The notes under the pieces: model-generated
What the model was told of the DNA's origin: nothing
Database searches by the model: none
Seen by the model: the letters and a program-made list of their open reading frames with translations, nothing else
Origin: Candidatus Poseidoniales archaeon
GTDB lineage: Archaea > Thermoplasmatota > Poseidoniia > Poseidoniales > Poseidoniaceae
Assembly (NCBI GenBank): GCA_038110525.1
Contig: JAYNJV010000001.1
Coordinates: 32,355-96,354, forward strand
Length of the DNA stretch: 64,000 nt
Direction of reading: 5' to 3'
In this document: positions 27,808 to 37,700 of the stretch, in pieces
Layout of the letters: each line of letters starts with the position of its first letter
Position numbering within the stretch: position 1 is the stretch's first letter
Position numbers and translations under genes: made by a program

Positions 27808-30229
27808 AGGCTATCTTTTTGATGTCCATCCTTCGTCATGCAGTACCCACATGATTGCATGGATACTTGATGCGCATGGGTCTGCACATCGATGCCCATG
27901 TCCTTGGCGACCAACGTTGCAAGTATCAGGCCAATATCGAGATCTCAAGAATTTGGAATTGTGGCTCGAGCAGCCTGAGATTCAGACAAAATATAGCATC
28001 TGCAGCACACGTTATATCAAGGCACGACTCGACCTTGAGGAATATGAAATCCACAAGGTTCTCGAGATTGAAGTTTCTTCGGGGCGAATTCTCAAACATT
28101 TAGGGCAACACATCGAGCATAAAGGAGATTTCACCAAATTTACTCTCTATTCATTGGACGCAAATTTAGTTCAACGATTTCTCAACGCATCTCAAGTTTC
28201 ACTTTTTGAACGAGTTATTTGGAGATGTGATTCGAATTGTTTGAGTCGAGCTGAGCATACCTCACGCCTAAAATTACGAGCAATCGAATTGGCAGTCATC
28301 TTTGACACGCCAACTGGTTTTCGTACTTTATCAACGCCTATTGCATCTGTTGAATTCCGCCCTCTTGAATATGAAAGGGAACTGATTGAATCTGCAGTGA
28401 GTACCATAATTACCGTGGATTTTACTCACTCTTCATCCCTTGAAGAGGCTCTTTTGTCCGTGCAAAAACAACTTCGCCGTATTGACCCAGATATTGTATG
28501 TACTCGTTCTGGAGACAAAATCGAATTTCCTGCTTTACTCAATGCAGCACAGTCCGTTGGAATTGACCTTTACTTTGGTCGTGATGATTCACCACTTGTC
28601 GCTCTTAGTCAAGCACGAACAGTGTGGTCGTATGGGCAGGCCTTGAGAAAGAATGCGTATCATCCACTTCGTGGACGTATTCATCTTGATATCTCATCAA
28701 GTTTCATAGTTCGTGAGGGTGGCATCTCGGGTCTCATCGAACTCGCTCGGTTATCAAATCAATCTGCACAAGATATATCTCGATTATCGCCAGGTTCGGT
28801 GATAAGTGCCATTCAAATAAGAACTGCGATGGACGATGGGGTACTTGTGCCATGGAAAAAAAATCGTCCTGAAGATACCAAAACGGCACTTGAACTTCTG
28901 CATTCGGACCGTGGAGGTTTGTATCTTGATAGTACACCAGGTTGTTTTTCAAATGTCATTGAACTCGATTATGCGAGTCTTTTTCCAAGTATCATTGCGA
29001 CACGAAATATCTCTTCCGAGACACTCAATTGTCCCTGCTGCGTCCCTCTTTTACGAAATGAGCATACGCTCTTCCTCCCCCTCGATGTCCAAGATGCATC
29101 GGATGAAATGAGTCGCAGGAATGTCGAACATCGATTTGGCAGTGGCTTATTTCCTCAAAGTAACGAATTTGCCCTCCGAGTACCAGGTCTAAATTTGCAC
29201 ACATGTGGTAGGAGGCAAGGTTTCCTCGGTCGCGTAGTTGGCCCAATCATACAACGTCGTCGTGAACTCAAACGCCTTCGAGTCTTCAAAAAAGACCGAT
29301 ATGATTTGCAACAAAATGCCCTCAAATGGTTACTCGTGACATGTTTTGGCTATACCGGTTATCGAAATGCACGATTTGGACGTATAGAAGCACACGAGGC
29401 CATCTGTGCATGGGCCCGAGAAATTCTACTTTTTACCATCGAAGAAGCACAAAACGCAGGTTGGGAAGTGTTGCATGCCGTTGTTGATAGCGTGTGGATT
29501 CGAGATGTCCGGGGAAGAAGTCGAGATGAACAACTTCAGGCGGCCTACAACTTTGCAAGTGATATCTCCCAGAAGGTCGGGATTCCTCTCGAGTTTGAAG
29601 ACATGTATCGTTGTATTGCATTTGTTCCGAGTCGAGTTCACAAATCGGGTACCCTAACAAAGTACTGGGGGTGGAATGGAAGTGATTTCAAAATTAGGGG
29701 TATTGAACTACGTCAGCATTCAACATGCAAATGGACAAGCACACTTCAATCGAAAGGGTTAGCCCTTCTTGTCGAACATTTGGAGGCTGGTGAACATCTG
29801 CCTTCATACAGGCAACAGCGTGAAGTTCATGCACTTTTTCATACAGAATATGATGCCATTTTGAATTCAAAGGTCGACCTCAATGCCTTCGTTGTTTCAC
29901 GGAGAATAACAAAGACTCGACAACAACGAACGGTCATGAATTTGACACATGCAGCATTATTGCGAGCAGAAAAGTACGGGATGGAAATACCAGCGGGAGG
30001 ACGAATTCATTTTGTCGTCATCGACCAAAGCGATGAGGTCCCAATACATCGAATCATCTTGCAAGAAGAGCTTTCAAGCGAAACGAGGGGAAGAGTAGAT
30101 GCGGCATTTTACATTCAGGATGCAAATCGAGCGCTCTGGTCTATCTTAAGTCCATTCGGATGGTCGGAGGGAAAGATTGAGAGGAAAAACATTCAATGTA
30201 GTTTAAACGATTTTGTCCATTCCATTTGA
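27797..30229 (+). CDS. polB: family B DNA polymerase, divergent (PolB2-like; exonuclease and motif C residues degenerate)
   Basis: Motif A is LDYASLFPSII, motif B KWLLVTCFGYTGY, and motif C region LHAVVDSVWI (canonical YGDTDS). A KIRGIELRQHS segment corresponds to the archaeal GLE.VRRDW region. The Exo I-equivalent is RAIEL (canonical DIE) and the Exo II-equivalent is SGDKIEFPAL. Confidence 0.85.
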   Translation: MLIEGYLFDVHPSSCSTHMIAWILDAHGSAHRCPCPWRPTLQVSGQYRDLKNLELWLEQPEIQTKYSICSTRYIKARLDLEEYEIHKVLEIEVSSGRILKHLGQHIEHKGDFTKFTLYSLDANLVQRFLNASQVSLFERVIWRCDSNCLSRAEHTSRLKLRAIELAVIFDTPTGFRTLSTPIASVEFRPLEYERELIESAVSTIITVDFTHSSSLEEALLSVQKQLRRIDPDIVCTRSGDKIEFPALLNAAQSVGIDLYFGRDDSPLVALSQARTVWSYGQALRKNAYHPLRGRIHLDISSSFIVREGGISGLIELARLSNQSAQDISRLSPGSVISAIQIRTAMDDGVLVPWKKNRPEDTKTALELLHSDRGGLYLDSTPGCFSNVIELDYASLFPSIIATRNISSETLNCPCCVPLLRNEHTLFLPLDVQDASDEMSRRNVEHRFGSGLFPQSNEFALRVPGLNLHTCGRRQGFLGRVVGPIIQRRRELKRLRVFKKDRYDLQQNALKWLLVTCFGYTGYRNARFGRIEAHEAICAWAREILLFTIEEAQNAGWEVLHAVVDSVWIRDVRGRSRDEQLQAAYNFASDISQKVGIPLEFEDMYRCIAFVPSRVHKSGTLTKYWGWNGSDFKIRGIELRQHSTCKWTSTLQSKGLALLVEHLEAGEHLPSYRQQREVHALFHTEYDAILNSKVDLNAFVVSRRITKTRQQRTVMNLTHAALLRAEKYGMEIPAGGRIHFVVIDQSDEVPIHRIILQEELSSETRGRVDAAFYIQDANRALWSILSPFGWSEGKIERKNIQCSLNDFVHSI

Positions 30230-31063
30230 GACAAAATCATTGAGCGTGAGTGGTAGTTTTTCATCGATCCAAAATCCTGCTTGAGAACTCGGTTCATGAC
30301 GCAAGAAAAGTCGTTGAGTGCCTTTTTTTTCGATGATGTTGCCATGAAGTTGGCATTGTACATTTGCCTTCAAAATTTCATTGAGTATCGATTCACGGCG
30401 CGTCCGAATGTTTGAATCACCGGTTGAAACAATCATGAGTGGATGAATGATTTGCAAGGCATTGAGGATATGACATTCATGTTGGAGTAGCATACGTGCC
30501 TCGCGATGACCAACTTGGTCATCGGTGTGCATCATAAGAAGACCATCAATAAACACGAAAGGTGAACCCGTCAATTTGATTTCATCTGGTAACCGCTCTA
30601 TCTGACGAACGAGTTGATGCAATGTAAATCCCCTGCTCACATACAATCGGGAAAGACATTCTTCGACAGGTTCATTCATTTGGCGTAGTAGTCTAAGCAA
30701 GCGAGAAGGGTCCATTCGGCAAGCACCATCAATCCAATGAACTGGATATCCAAGAGCGAGAACTTGACATACCCAAATTTCAGCGACAGAGCGCATGTGT
30801 CTTCCTGCTTTGTAAGGACTTGAAAGGTGATACCATTCTCCTATTTTTGGAAAAATATGATGATGAAATTGAGATTGAGGGGGACGTTCCAATTTCATTT
30901 CAAGCAGAGAATTATCGGTTCCCGCCCCATCTCCAAATGCGATTTCAGGTTTCATGTGAATCATAGAATATGGTTGAAGTAAGTCGAGATTGTTTTCGTT
31001 AGCAGGGAAGGAAAAGTGAATGTGAGATTGTTGAGAAGGGTGAAGTTGAAACACCATAGCCAA
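30203..31063 (-). CDS. RadB/RadA-paralog-like protein with a degenerate P-loop (predicted pseudo-ATPase)
   Basis: It aligns by eye to the RadB core. SSPYKAGRH replaces GxxxSGKT, VHWIDGACRMDPSRLL replaces V.YIDTEG.F.PERL, and SPFVFIDGLLMMH corresponds to Walker B. It is convergent with polB (27-nt overlap) and divergent from dinB (23-nt gap). Confidence 0.6.
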   Translation of the reverse strand: MAMVFQLHPSQQSHIHFSFPANENNLDLLQPYSMIHMKPEIAFGDGAGTDNSLLEMKLERPPQSQFHHHIFPKIGEWYHLSSPYKAGRHMRSVAEIWVCQVLALGYPVHWIDGACRMDPSRLLRLLRQMNEPVEECLSRLYVSRGFTLHQLVRQIERLPDEIKLTGSPFVFIDGLLMMHTDDQVGHREARMLLQHECHILNALQIIHPLMIVSTGDSNIRTRRESILNEILKANVQCQLHGNIIEKKGTQRLFLRHEPSSQAGFWIDEKLPLTLNDFVSNGMDKIV

Positions 31064-31086
31064 ATATCCTTTCTTGAGGGAAGAAG

Positions 31087-32178
31087 GTGGATGAACACAT
31101 CATCATTCATTGCGATTTAGATGCATTTTTTGCAGCGGTCGAAGTTCTTCATCATGGATTTGACCCAGAAATCCCACTTGTCATTGGTTCTGACCCACAA
31201 CAAGGTAACGGTAGGGGGATTGTGTCGACATGCAATTATGCCGCCCGTCGATTTGGAATACGCTCAGCGATGCCCATATCTGAGGCATGGCGGAGATGCC
31301 CTGCTGCTCCATTTGGGCCGGCAATATACATTGGTGGAACCAGGGGTTTGTATGGAAGAGCAAGCCGAAAAGTGATGGACATTTTACGTTCATCTTCTGA
31401 CAAATTTGAGCAGGCAGGTATAGATGAGGCATACCTCGATATCACACAAAAGTGTGAGGGCGACTGGGATAACGCATATGCGTTGGCTCGAAAAATACAA
31501 CTCCAAATCAAAGAAGAAATCGGATTATCAGCTTCATTCGGAATCGCACCAACGAAAATACTTGCAAAAATGTCGAGTGAAGAAAACAAACCCAATGGAA
31601 TATTCAGGATTCTTCCGAATGAAATACCATCTTTTTTTGATGGCCGAAGTGTGAGACAGGTCCCAGGTATTGGGCCAAAGACTGCTACACAACTATCGGA
31701 ATGGGGGCTTGAAACGGTCGATGAAATGTACAGGTTAGGGATGTTAGGCCTTCAACGCCTTTCAAGCGAACGATTTGCTGCTTGGATAATCAATCTCTAC
31801 GAAGGAACGACAAGCAACCAACTTCATGCATTCCATCAACGGAAGTCCTTAGGAAAAGAGCGAACCTTTGATCGAGATACAAACGATATCGAAATAGTTC
31901 TTGAGGCTCTTGAAAAATTGCTCCTTCGATGTGTGGAATTACTCAACGAAGGACAAGCGGGTGCGCGAGTCATTGAAGTCAAAATTCGATATCAGGGATT
32001 TGAAACATATACTTTCCAAAAGAGCTTACCCGTTGCGATGGACGACCCTGATGTGTTCTTGCGATTGGCACAATTTCTATTCGCACAAAATGTGGAGCTT
32101 GACAAACCGATTCGCCTCATAGGAATCCGTTTCAGTCATTTAGAATTCATGGAATTTCGTCAAGAAAGACTTGTATGA
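31087..32178 (+). CDS. dinB: DNA polymerase IV (Y-family, DinB/Dbh/Dpo4)
   Basis: IIIHCDLDAFFAAVE (catalytic Asp pair plus Phe steric gate), GIDEAYLDIT, APTKILAKMSSEENKPNG and PGIGPKT are present. GTG start preceded by GAGGG. Confidence 0.9.
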   Translation: MDEHIIIHCDLDAFFAAVEVLHHGFDPEIPLVIGSDPQQGNGRGIVSTCNYAARRFGIRSAMPISEAWRRCPAAPFGPAIYIGGTRGLYGRASRKVMDILRSSSDKFEQAGIDEAYLDITQKCEGDWDNAYALARKIQLQIKEEIGLSASFGIAPTKILAKMSSEENKPNGIFRILPNEIPSFFDGRSVRQVPGIGPKTATQLSEWGLETVDEMYRLGMLGLQRLSSERFAAWIINLYEGTTSNQLHAFHQRKSLGKERTFDRDTNDIEIVLEALEKLLLRCVELLNEGQAGARVIEVKIRYQGFETYTFQKSLPVAMDDPDVFLRLAQFLFAQNVELDKPIRLIGIRFSHLEFMEFRQERLV

Positions 32179-34671
32179 TCATTCAAGGTTATGCATTCGA
32201 ACCAAAGTTGATGTAAATGCGGCCAATTCATCTGGGATGACGATACTTTGAATGGGTTGATTCAAGGATAGACCACTTTCCTTTTTTGCATTCCAAACCA
32301 TTCCATTGAATTCTTGGATTTGGTTCGAAAGTGCCCTCAAATTTGCTGCTCTTGTAGGGTCTTCGATGAAAGACTGTACCTGAAGCTGAGGAATTGAATC
32401 ACATTCAACTGCGGATTGACCATAAAGGACCGATGAAATGTGGTGAGTAAAGAATGGACAGATTGGACTGAACAACGTCATGAAGTCTCGAACAATTCGA
32501 TGAATCGTCCATGCAGCTTTGGCATCATCATCGTACAATCTTGATTTGACCATTTCAAGGTAATGGGACGGTAAAATACCCGTTCCAAATCCTTTGAGAG
32601 TTTGAGTTGCAGTGTAAATGTCAAGTTCATTCCATGCCTTTGACACCTTCGTCAATACATGTTGAAATTCAGATAAAATCCACTCATCTTCAATTTCGAG
32701 TTGCTCCGGCACCTCATCAAGGGAAGATGAAATTTCAAATTGACTTGCAAATCTTGATACGTTGAACAATTTTGTTAACACGCCATAATATTTCTTTTCG
32801 ATGTCTTCAGGATTGATTTGAAAATCGTCCCCTACTTGAGCATCACATGCTTTCCAAAGTCTGAAGCATTCAGATCCAATTTTATTTGCATTCAGTGTTA
32901 CTTGGGAATCAGGCCCTTTAATTTTCCATGTTGCGGTTCTGCCACCTGCCCCGCATTCGAGGACACTATCTGCATCGATCCCATTGCCAAGAGATTTGCT
33001 CATTTTTCGACCCCAAGGGTCCATACCAAGGCCATCAATCCAAACATGTTTGAAACCTGGTTGATCGAGGAGGAGAGAAGATTTGAGCAAAGTGTAGTAA
33101 AGCCATGTTCGGACGATTTCTTTTCCTTGAGGCCTCAGTGCTGTAGGAAATGCTTTCTCAAAAACTTCTGGTTCGTTGAGGTAGCCACTGGTAAACAAAT
33201 TTGAATTTGAAGAATCCATCCAAGTATCAAAGACCTTTTCTTCGCCAACAATATCAGTAAGTGTAGATTTCATCTCTTCATACATGCCTAAAAATTCACG
33301 AGTCTCCCTATCAATGACCTCTGAGCCAACAGGGGGTTCTTCTTTCCAAGGTTGTACATAAGAGCCCGAGGGGGGGAGAATGATTTTTTGGCCATTATCC
33401 GCATACCAAACAGGAATTTCAGTATGGTACCATCTCCGTCTCGAAATTGGCCAATCAATAGTGATATTCTCCATCCAATCAAGCAAAAATTGTCGGTTTC
33501 GAGGCGGATGAAATTCAATATCTTCGATGTGATTTTTCATAACATCTTGCATATCGGTTTGCTTGACATACCATTCTTTTAGAAGGATTATTTCGACAGG
33601 ATTTTTACCTCTTTCAGATATGGGAATTTCCTGCTCCCTGTCCTCGATGTTGTGAAGTCGGTTATTGGCCTCAAGCCAAGAGATCACTTCTTTTCTCGCA
33701 TCAAGAACAGACATGCCTGCGAATGGTCCAGCAATCTCAGTCATCTTTCCATCAAGGTCGATAGCTTGGAAGGGTTGCAGTCCTAATTCTCGAAATACTG
33801 CAACGTCATTTTGGTCACCGAATGAACATACCATCAATACTCCAGAACCAAATTCGCTTTTGACTGAGGGATGGGTTTGAATCACCACCGATGAATCTCT
33901 GTGTTCAACAGGAATCGGAAGCGAAATACGTTTTCCAATTAAGTGCTCATATCTAGTATCCTCAGGATGAACCATCACTACGCCACATGCACAAATGAGT
34001 TCTGGACGTGTTGTCGAAATAATGACATCGGTACCATCTTCACAAGTCCAACGTACATCAACAAGTTTGGTCATTCTTGTTGTACGCTCAACTTCAGCAT
34101 CTGCGATTGTTGTCCCTTCTACAGGGTCGTATATGTTCGGGCGGAGGTCTTCCACAATCTTACCTTGTTTGAACAGGTCAACGAAAATCGATTGTGTGAC
34201 AGACCGATAATTTGGTGCATCAGTAAGGTATTCACGGTCAAAATCACATGAGAGTCCAACCCTTCTCGCTGTTGTCCGCATTGCGTTTGTGAATTCTTCG
34301 ATTGTACTCTCGCAGAGTTGAAGAAATTCTTCTCGGTCATAGGTTTTCATTTTCCGTTTGGTGTTTTTTTCAACGGTGAATTCGATGTTGATTCCATTCC
34401 TATCAACGCCCCATGGAAAATAGACTTCTTTTCCGAGGAGTCTTTGAGAGCGTGCTAACACATCAATCATCGAATATTGTGCTACAGCACCGATGTGCCA
34501 TGTTCCCGAGGGATAGGGCGGAGGTGTATCAATAACGAAAATTTCTTTCCCTGAATCAGGCTTGAAACTATATCGTCGGGAATAAAGTTCAGCATCTGCA
34601 TAATGCTCTTCTTGAATTTGCTTCTCAAGGTCAATCGACCATCGTTTTTCAGGTAACTTTGGAGTTGGCAT
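32179..34671 (-). CDS. valS: valine--tRNA ligase
   Basis: IDTPPPYPSGTWHIGA (HIGH region), GVDRNGINIE and KMSKS are present. The ~830-aa length is typical of archaeal ValRS. ATG 34671 sits in a GTGAGGCACATG context. Confidence 0.85.
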   Translation of the reverse strand: MPTPKLPEKRWSIDLEKQIQEEHYADAELYSRRYSFKPDSGKEIFVIDTPPPYPSGTWHIGAVAQYSMIDVLARSQRLLGKEVYFPWGVDRNGINIEFTVEKNTKRKMKTYDREEFLQLCESTIEEFTNAMRTTARRVGLSCDFDREYLTDAPNYRSVTQSIFVDLFKQGKIVEDLRPNIYDPVEGTTIADAEVERTTRMTKLVDVRWTCEDGTDVIISTTRPELICACGVVMVHPEDTRYEHLIGKRISLPIPVEHRDSSVVIQTHPSVKSEFGSGVLMVCSFGDQNDVAVFRELGLQPFQAIDLDGKMTEIAGPFAGMSVLDARKEVISWLEANNRLHNIEDREQEIPISERGKNPVEIILLKEWYVKQTDMQDVMKNHIEDIEFHPPRNRQFLLDWMENITIDWPISRRRWYHTEIPVWYADNGQKIILPPSGSYVQPWKEEPPVGSEVIDRETREFLGMYEEMKSTLTDIVGEEKVFDTWMDSSNSNLFTSGYLNEPEVFEKAFPTALRPQGKEIVRTWLYYTLLKSSLLLDQPGFKHVWIDGLGMDPWGRKMSKSLGNGIDADSVLECGAGGRTATWKIKGPDSQVTLNANKIGSECFRLWKACDAQVGDDFQINPEDIEKKYYGVLTKLFNVSRFASQFEISSSLDEVPEQLEIEDEWILSEFQHVLTKVSKAWNELDIYTATQTLKGFGTGILPSHYLEMVKSRLYDDDAKAAWTIHRIVRDFMTLFSPICPFFTHHISSVLYGQSAVECDSIPQLQVQSFIEDPTRAANLRALSNQIQEFNGMVWNAKKESGLSLNQPIQSIVIPDELAAFTSTLVRMHNLE

Positions 34672-34746
34672 GTGCCTCACCGGCCCCGGCCATGTAACTT
34701 GGCGGGTCCAACTTGTCGTCACGACATGTGTTTTTGAAATCGTCGC

Positions 34747-37700
34747 ATGTTCCAAAAAATTCATGCTCAACATTGGAATTATGTCGGCAACCATTTGAAG
34801 AAGGAAGGTCTGGGTACAAATGGTGAGGATTTGAGTTCAGATTCACCTGACGAGAAACTACCTAAGCGAGGTAGTGGCCTTCAGAGGATTGGAGAAATCA
34901 CCGAAAAAAGCAAAAAACATTTTTCGAAGAAAGGGGCTGACCTTGGTCGGAAATTAAAAAAAATGGACTCAAAAACAACAATTGATGCTGTCTTAGAAGC
35001 TCCGAGACGATTTCAACGTGAGTGGCAAAAAACAGGTGCAACAGGAGCCATCACCCGATATCCAATCCCTACAGTGTTGCTATTTTTGCTCCTCACTGGT
35101 TACTTCGTTACTCAATCTGGTTTCCTTGACGACACACGTTTTGATGATGACCCCGATAACCCAGCACTCAATGTAAATGGGGACCTTGAGGTCTACCTCC
35201 CTGAGGGAAGTAAAGTTGCAGAATTGATTGGAAAAGTCGAAGAAGATTGGTCGACAAATGTGATGGTCGTCTACATTGAATCAACGGATAGGAATATTAC
35301 CGACCAGCGAATTCTCCAAGAAATTAGTTATGTTGAAAAGCAAATTAATCCCATTCAAAACGATGAATCTGATGATGTGATTTACATTTTATCACTCTCA
35401 ACGGTACTCAAGGAAGTCAATTCAAGTGCGCCAAGAATCCGAGAAGCATTCATCACTGAGTCTGGTAAACAACTCTGTCCTGGAGGGCAAACTGAAGATT
35501 GTTTGTCAGCAGACCTTGCAAAGCAACTGAATGAAGCATTTGCTTTAACAGATGAACAAATTGGTGGGGCATATGAAATTCCCAGTCAAGATACAATTGA
35601 TTTGGTCGTCAATAACATGTACGAAGATGGCAAACCGAGTGCAGGTCTTGACAAATTGGCTCGAGATGTAGCAGGGGCAGAAGATGGCGGCCCAGATGGT
35701 GTACTAGATCGGGCCATTGTAGCGATTGCAGTTACAGAAAACAGGCCAGCAAAACAAATTATTGAGGAAACTCAAGCATTGCTCGATAACATCTCCAAAA
35801 AAGAGCGTCCTTGCCAATTCAACCAAGATGGAAGTCCGGATGGAGGTCAAGTTTGCACTTGGGATGATTTAGGATTACGAATGACCTTGACAGGGCCTGT
35901 CCCAATTACGAATGCAGTGACAGAATTTTCATTTCGTTTGTTTTGGGAAATTTTTCCACTTGCGGTCGTGTTGGTCGCTATTGGTTTGTTTGTTTTTCAC
36001 TCTGATTTACTTCAATCTGGTCTCACTGGAATTCGACCAATTCAAGGTATAAAGGTCGTCATCATTGCTGGATTACCTACATTGTGTGCTGTATTTTGGA
36101 CCCTTGGAATGATTGGGGCTACCAATTATGAGGTGACGATGACCGTCATCATCGTCGGGCCAATTCTATTAGCACTTGGCGTTTCGTATGGATTACATAT
36201 CACAAATAGATACGCAGAGGAAAAGGGAGAGAAAGCAGAAAAAATGAGGGCCTCCCTTTCTTCGACAGGTCGTGCCGTATTTTTGTCAGCCGTGACCACC
36301 GTCATTGGTTTCATTAGTTTGGTCTTCACCCCCATGGCGCCTATACAAACCGTAGGAATCGCCCTCTCTCTCGGTATTGTGATCGTCTATATTTTGACAA
36401 TTTTCATGGTACCGAATTTAACACTCATTTTAGACTTGCGAAAACCATCACACCCACCATTGAAGGCATTTGATGTCATGGTCGATATTCCAGTCAAAAG
36501 AAATCGATATGTGCTCGTATTCTTTGCTGTACTTATTGCCTTGTCTGCAACAATAGGTCAAGCTAATGTTGAAGAGAACATCGATTTACTTGGCATGGCA
36601 CCTGAAGGTGAATCATCTGTTGTCAAGATGAAGCAATTCAGTAAAGAGTTTGAAGCAGGTCAAGTAGGGATGATTTTAATCGATGCACAAGTGACTGGAA
36701 ATTTGAGGGATTCCGATCCAGCAAACGATGACCCTTATGGTAATTTGGAAAAAATTGAAGGGTTGGAATTGCAACTAAATCAAATTGAAAATACATCTGC
36801 GGTATCCATTGTGTTTCTCATGAAAGCCTCAGGTGTATCTATTGGTGTTTCCTCAAGTGACGCAGCCCAACTCATCAATAACACACCATTGCCTGATGAT
36901 GTTAAGGACTTCGCAAATGCCTTATTTAACCAAAATATTGACGCGAACACCTCGTTTTGGGATATTCTCAAGGCACCTGATTTGTATGGGTTGCCCGGAG
37001 ATGCACAAACTCAAATTTTTCTCCTTGACGTGTTTTATGCTTCACTTACTGATGAGACTCGAGGAATTTTCGTCAACAGCGGGTACAATCGAACGCTTGT
37101 GTATGTTGATATGCCCTTCATCCCTGTAGCAGATACGGCAAAGAGTGTCACCTTGGTCAATGAAGCAGCATTCAATTTCAAAGGTGACCATGGCGAGTCT
37201 GCTGAAGAATTGACTGGTGTTGCTGCAACTGCCATCGAGGTGAATGAACTCATTGTTGGTTCGCAATGGACTTCACTTGGTTTTGCAATTATTCTCACAC
37301 TTATCACCCTTGCAGTTGTGTTTAAGGATATCAAATATTCAATTTGGACCACTTCACCGGTCATTGCTACTGTCGCCTTACAATGGCTTGTCATGTGGCA
37401 AATGGATGTATCACTCTCACTCGTCACCGTCATGATAGGTTCAATTCTTGTTGGGGTAGGGGTAGATTTTTCGATCCACATTGCAAACCGTATCAAAGAA
37501 TTAGGGGGCGGGATTCAAGCCATTCGAAGTGCTGCTGTAGGGACTGGAATGTCGCTCTTTGAGGCAGCCATGGTAACATCATTAGGGCTTTTCACGGCAT
37601 ACAGCATACCGATTCCAGAGATTAAGCCATTTATCACTGTCATTCTAATTTTGCTTTGGGTCGCAGCTGCCAGCGCGTTAATATTATTGCCAGCAATCTT

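Noticed and set aside
27527-27829. 100-aa minus-strand ORF opposite the small polB-coupled ORF
   Set aside because: It would overlap the polB start and sit between two plus-strand genes without a promoter space. The plus-strand frame fits the operon layout better. The choice remains uncertain.
34672-34794. 41-codon extension of valS
   Set aside because: ATG 34671 has the GTGAGGCACATG context, and MPTPKLPEKRW aligns with ValRS N-termini. The extension would collide with the divergent transporter gene.
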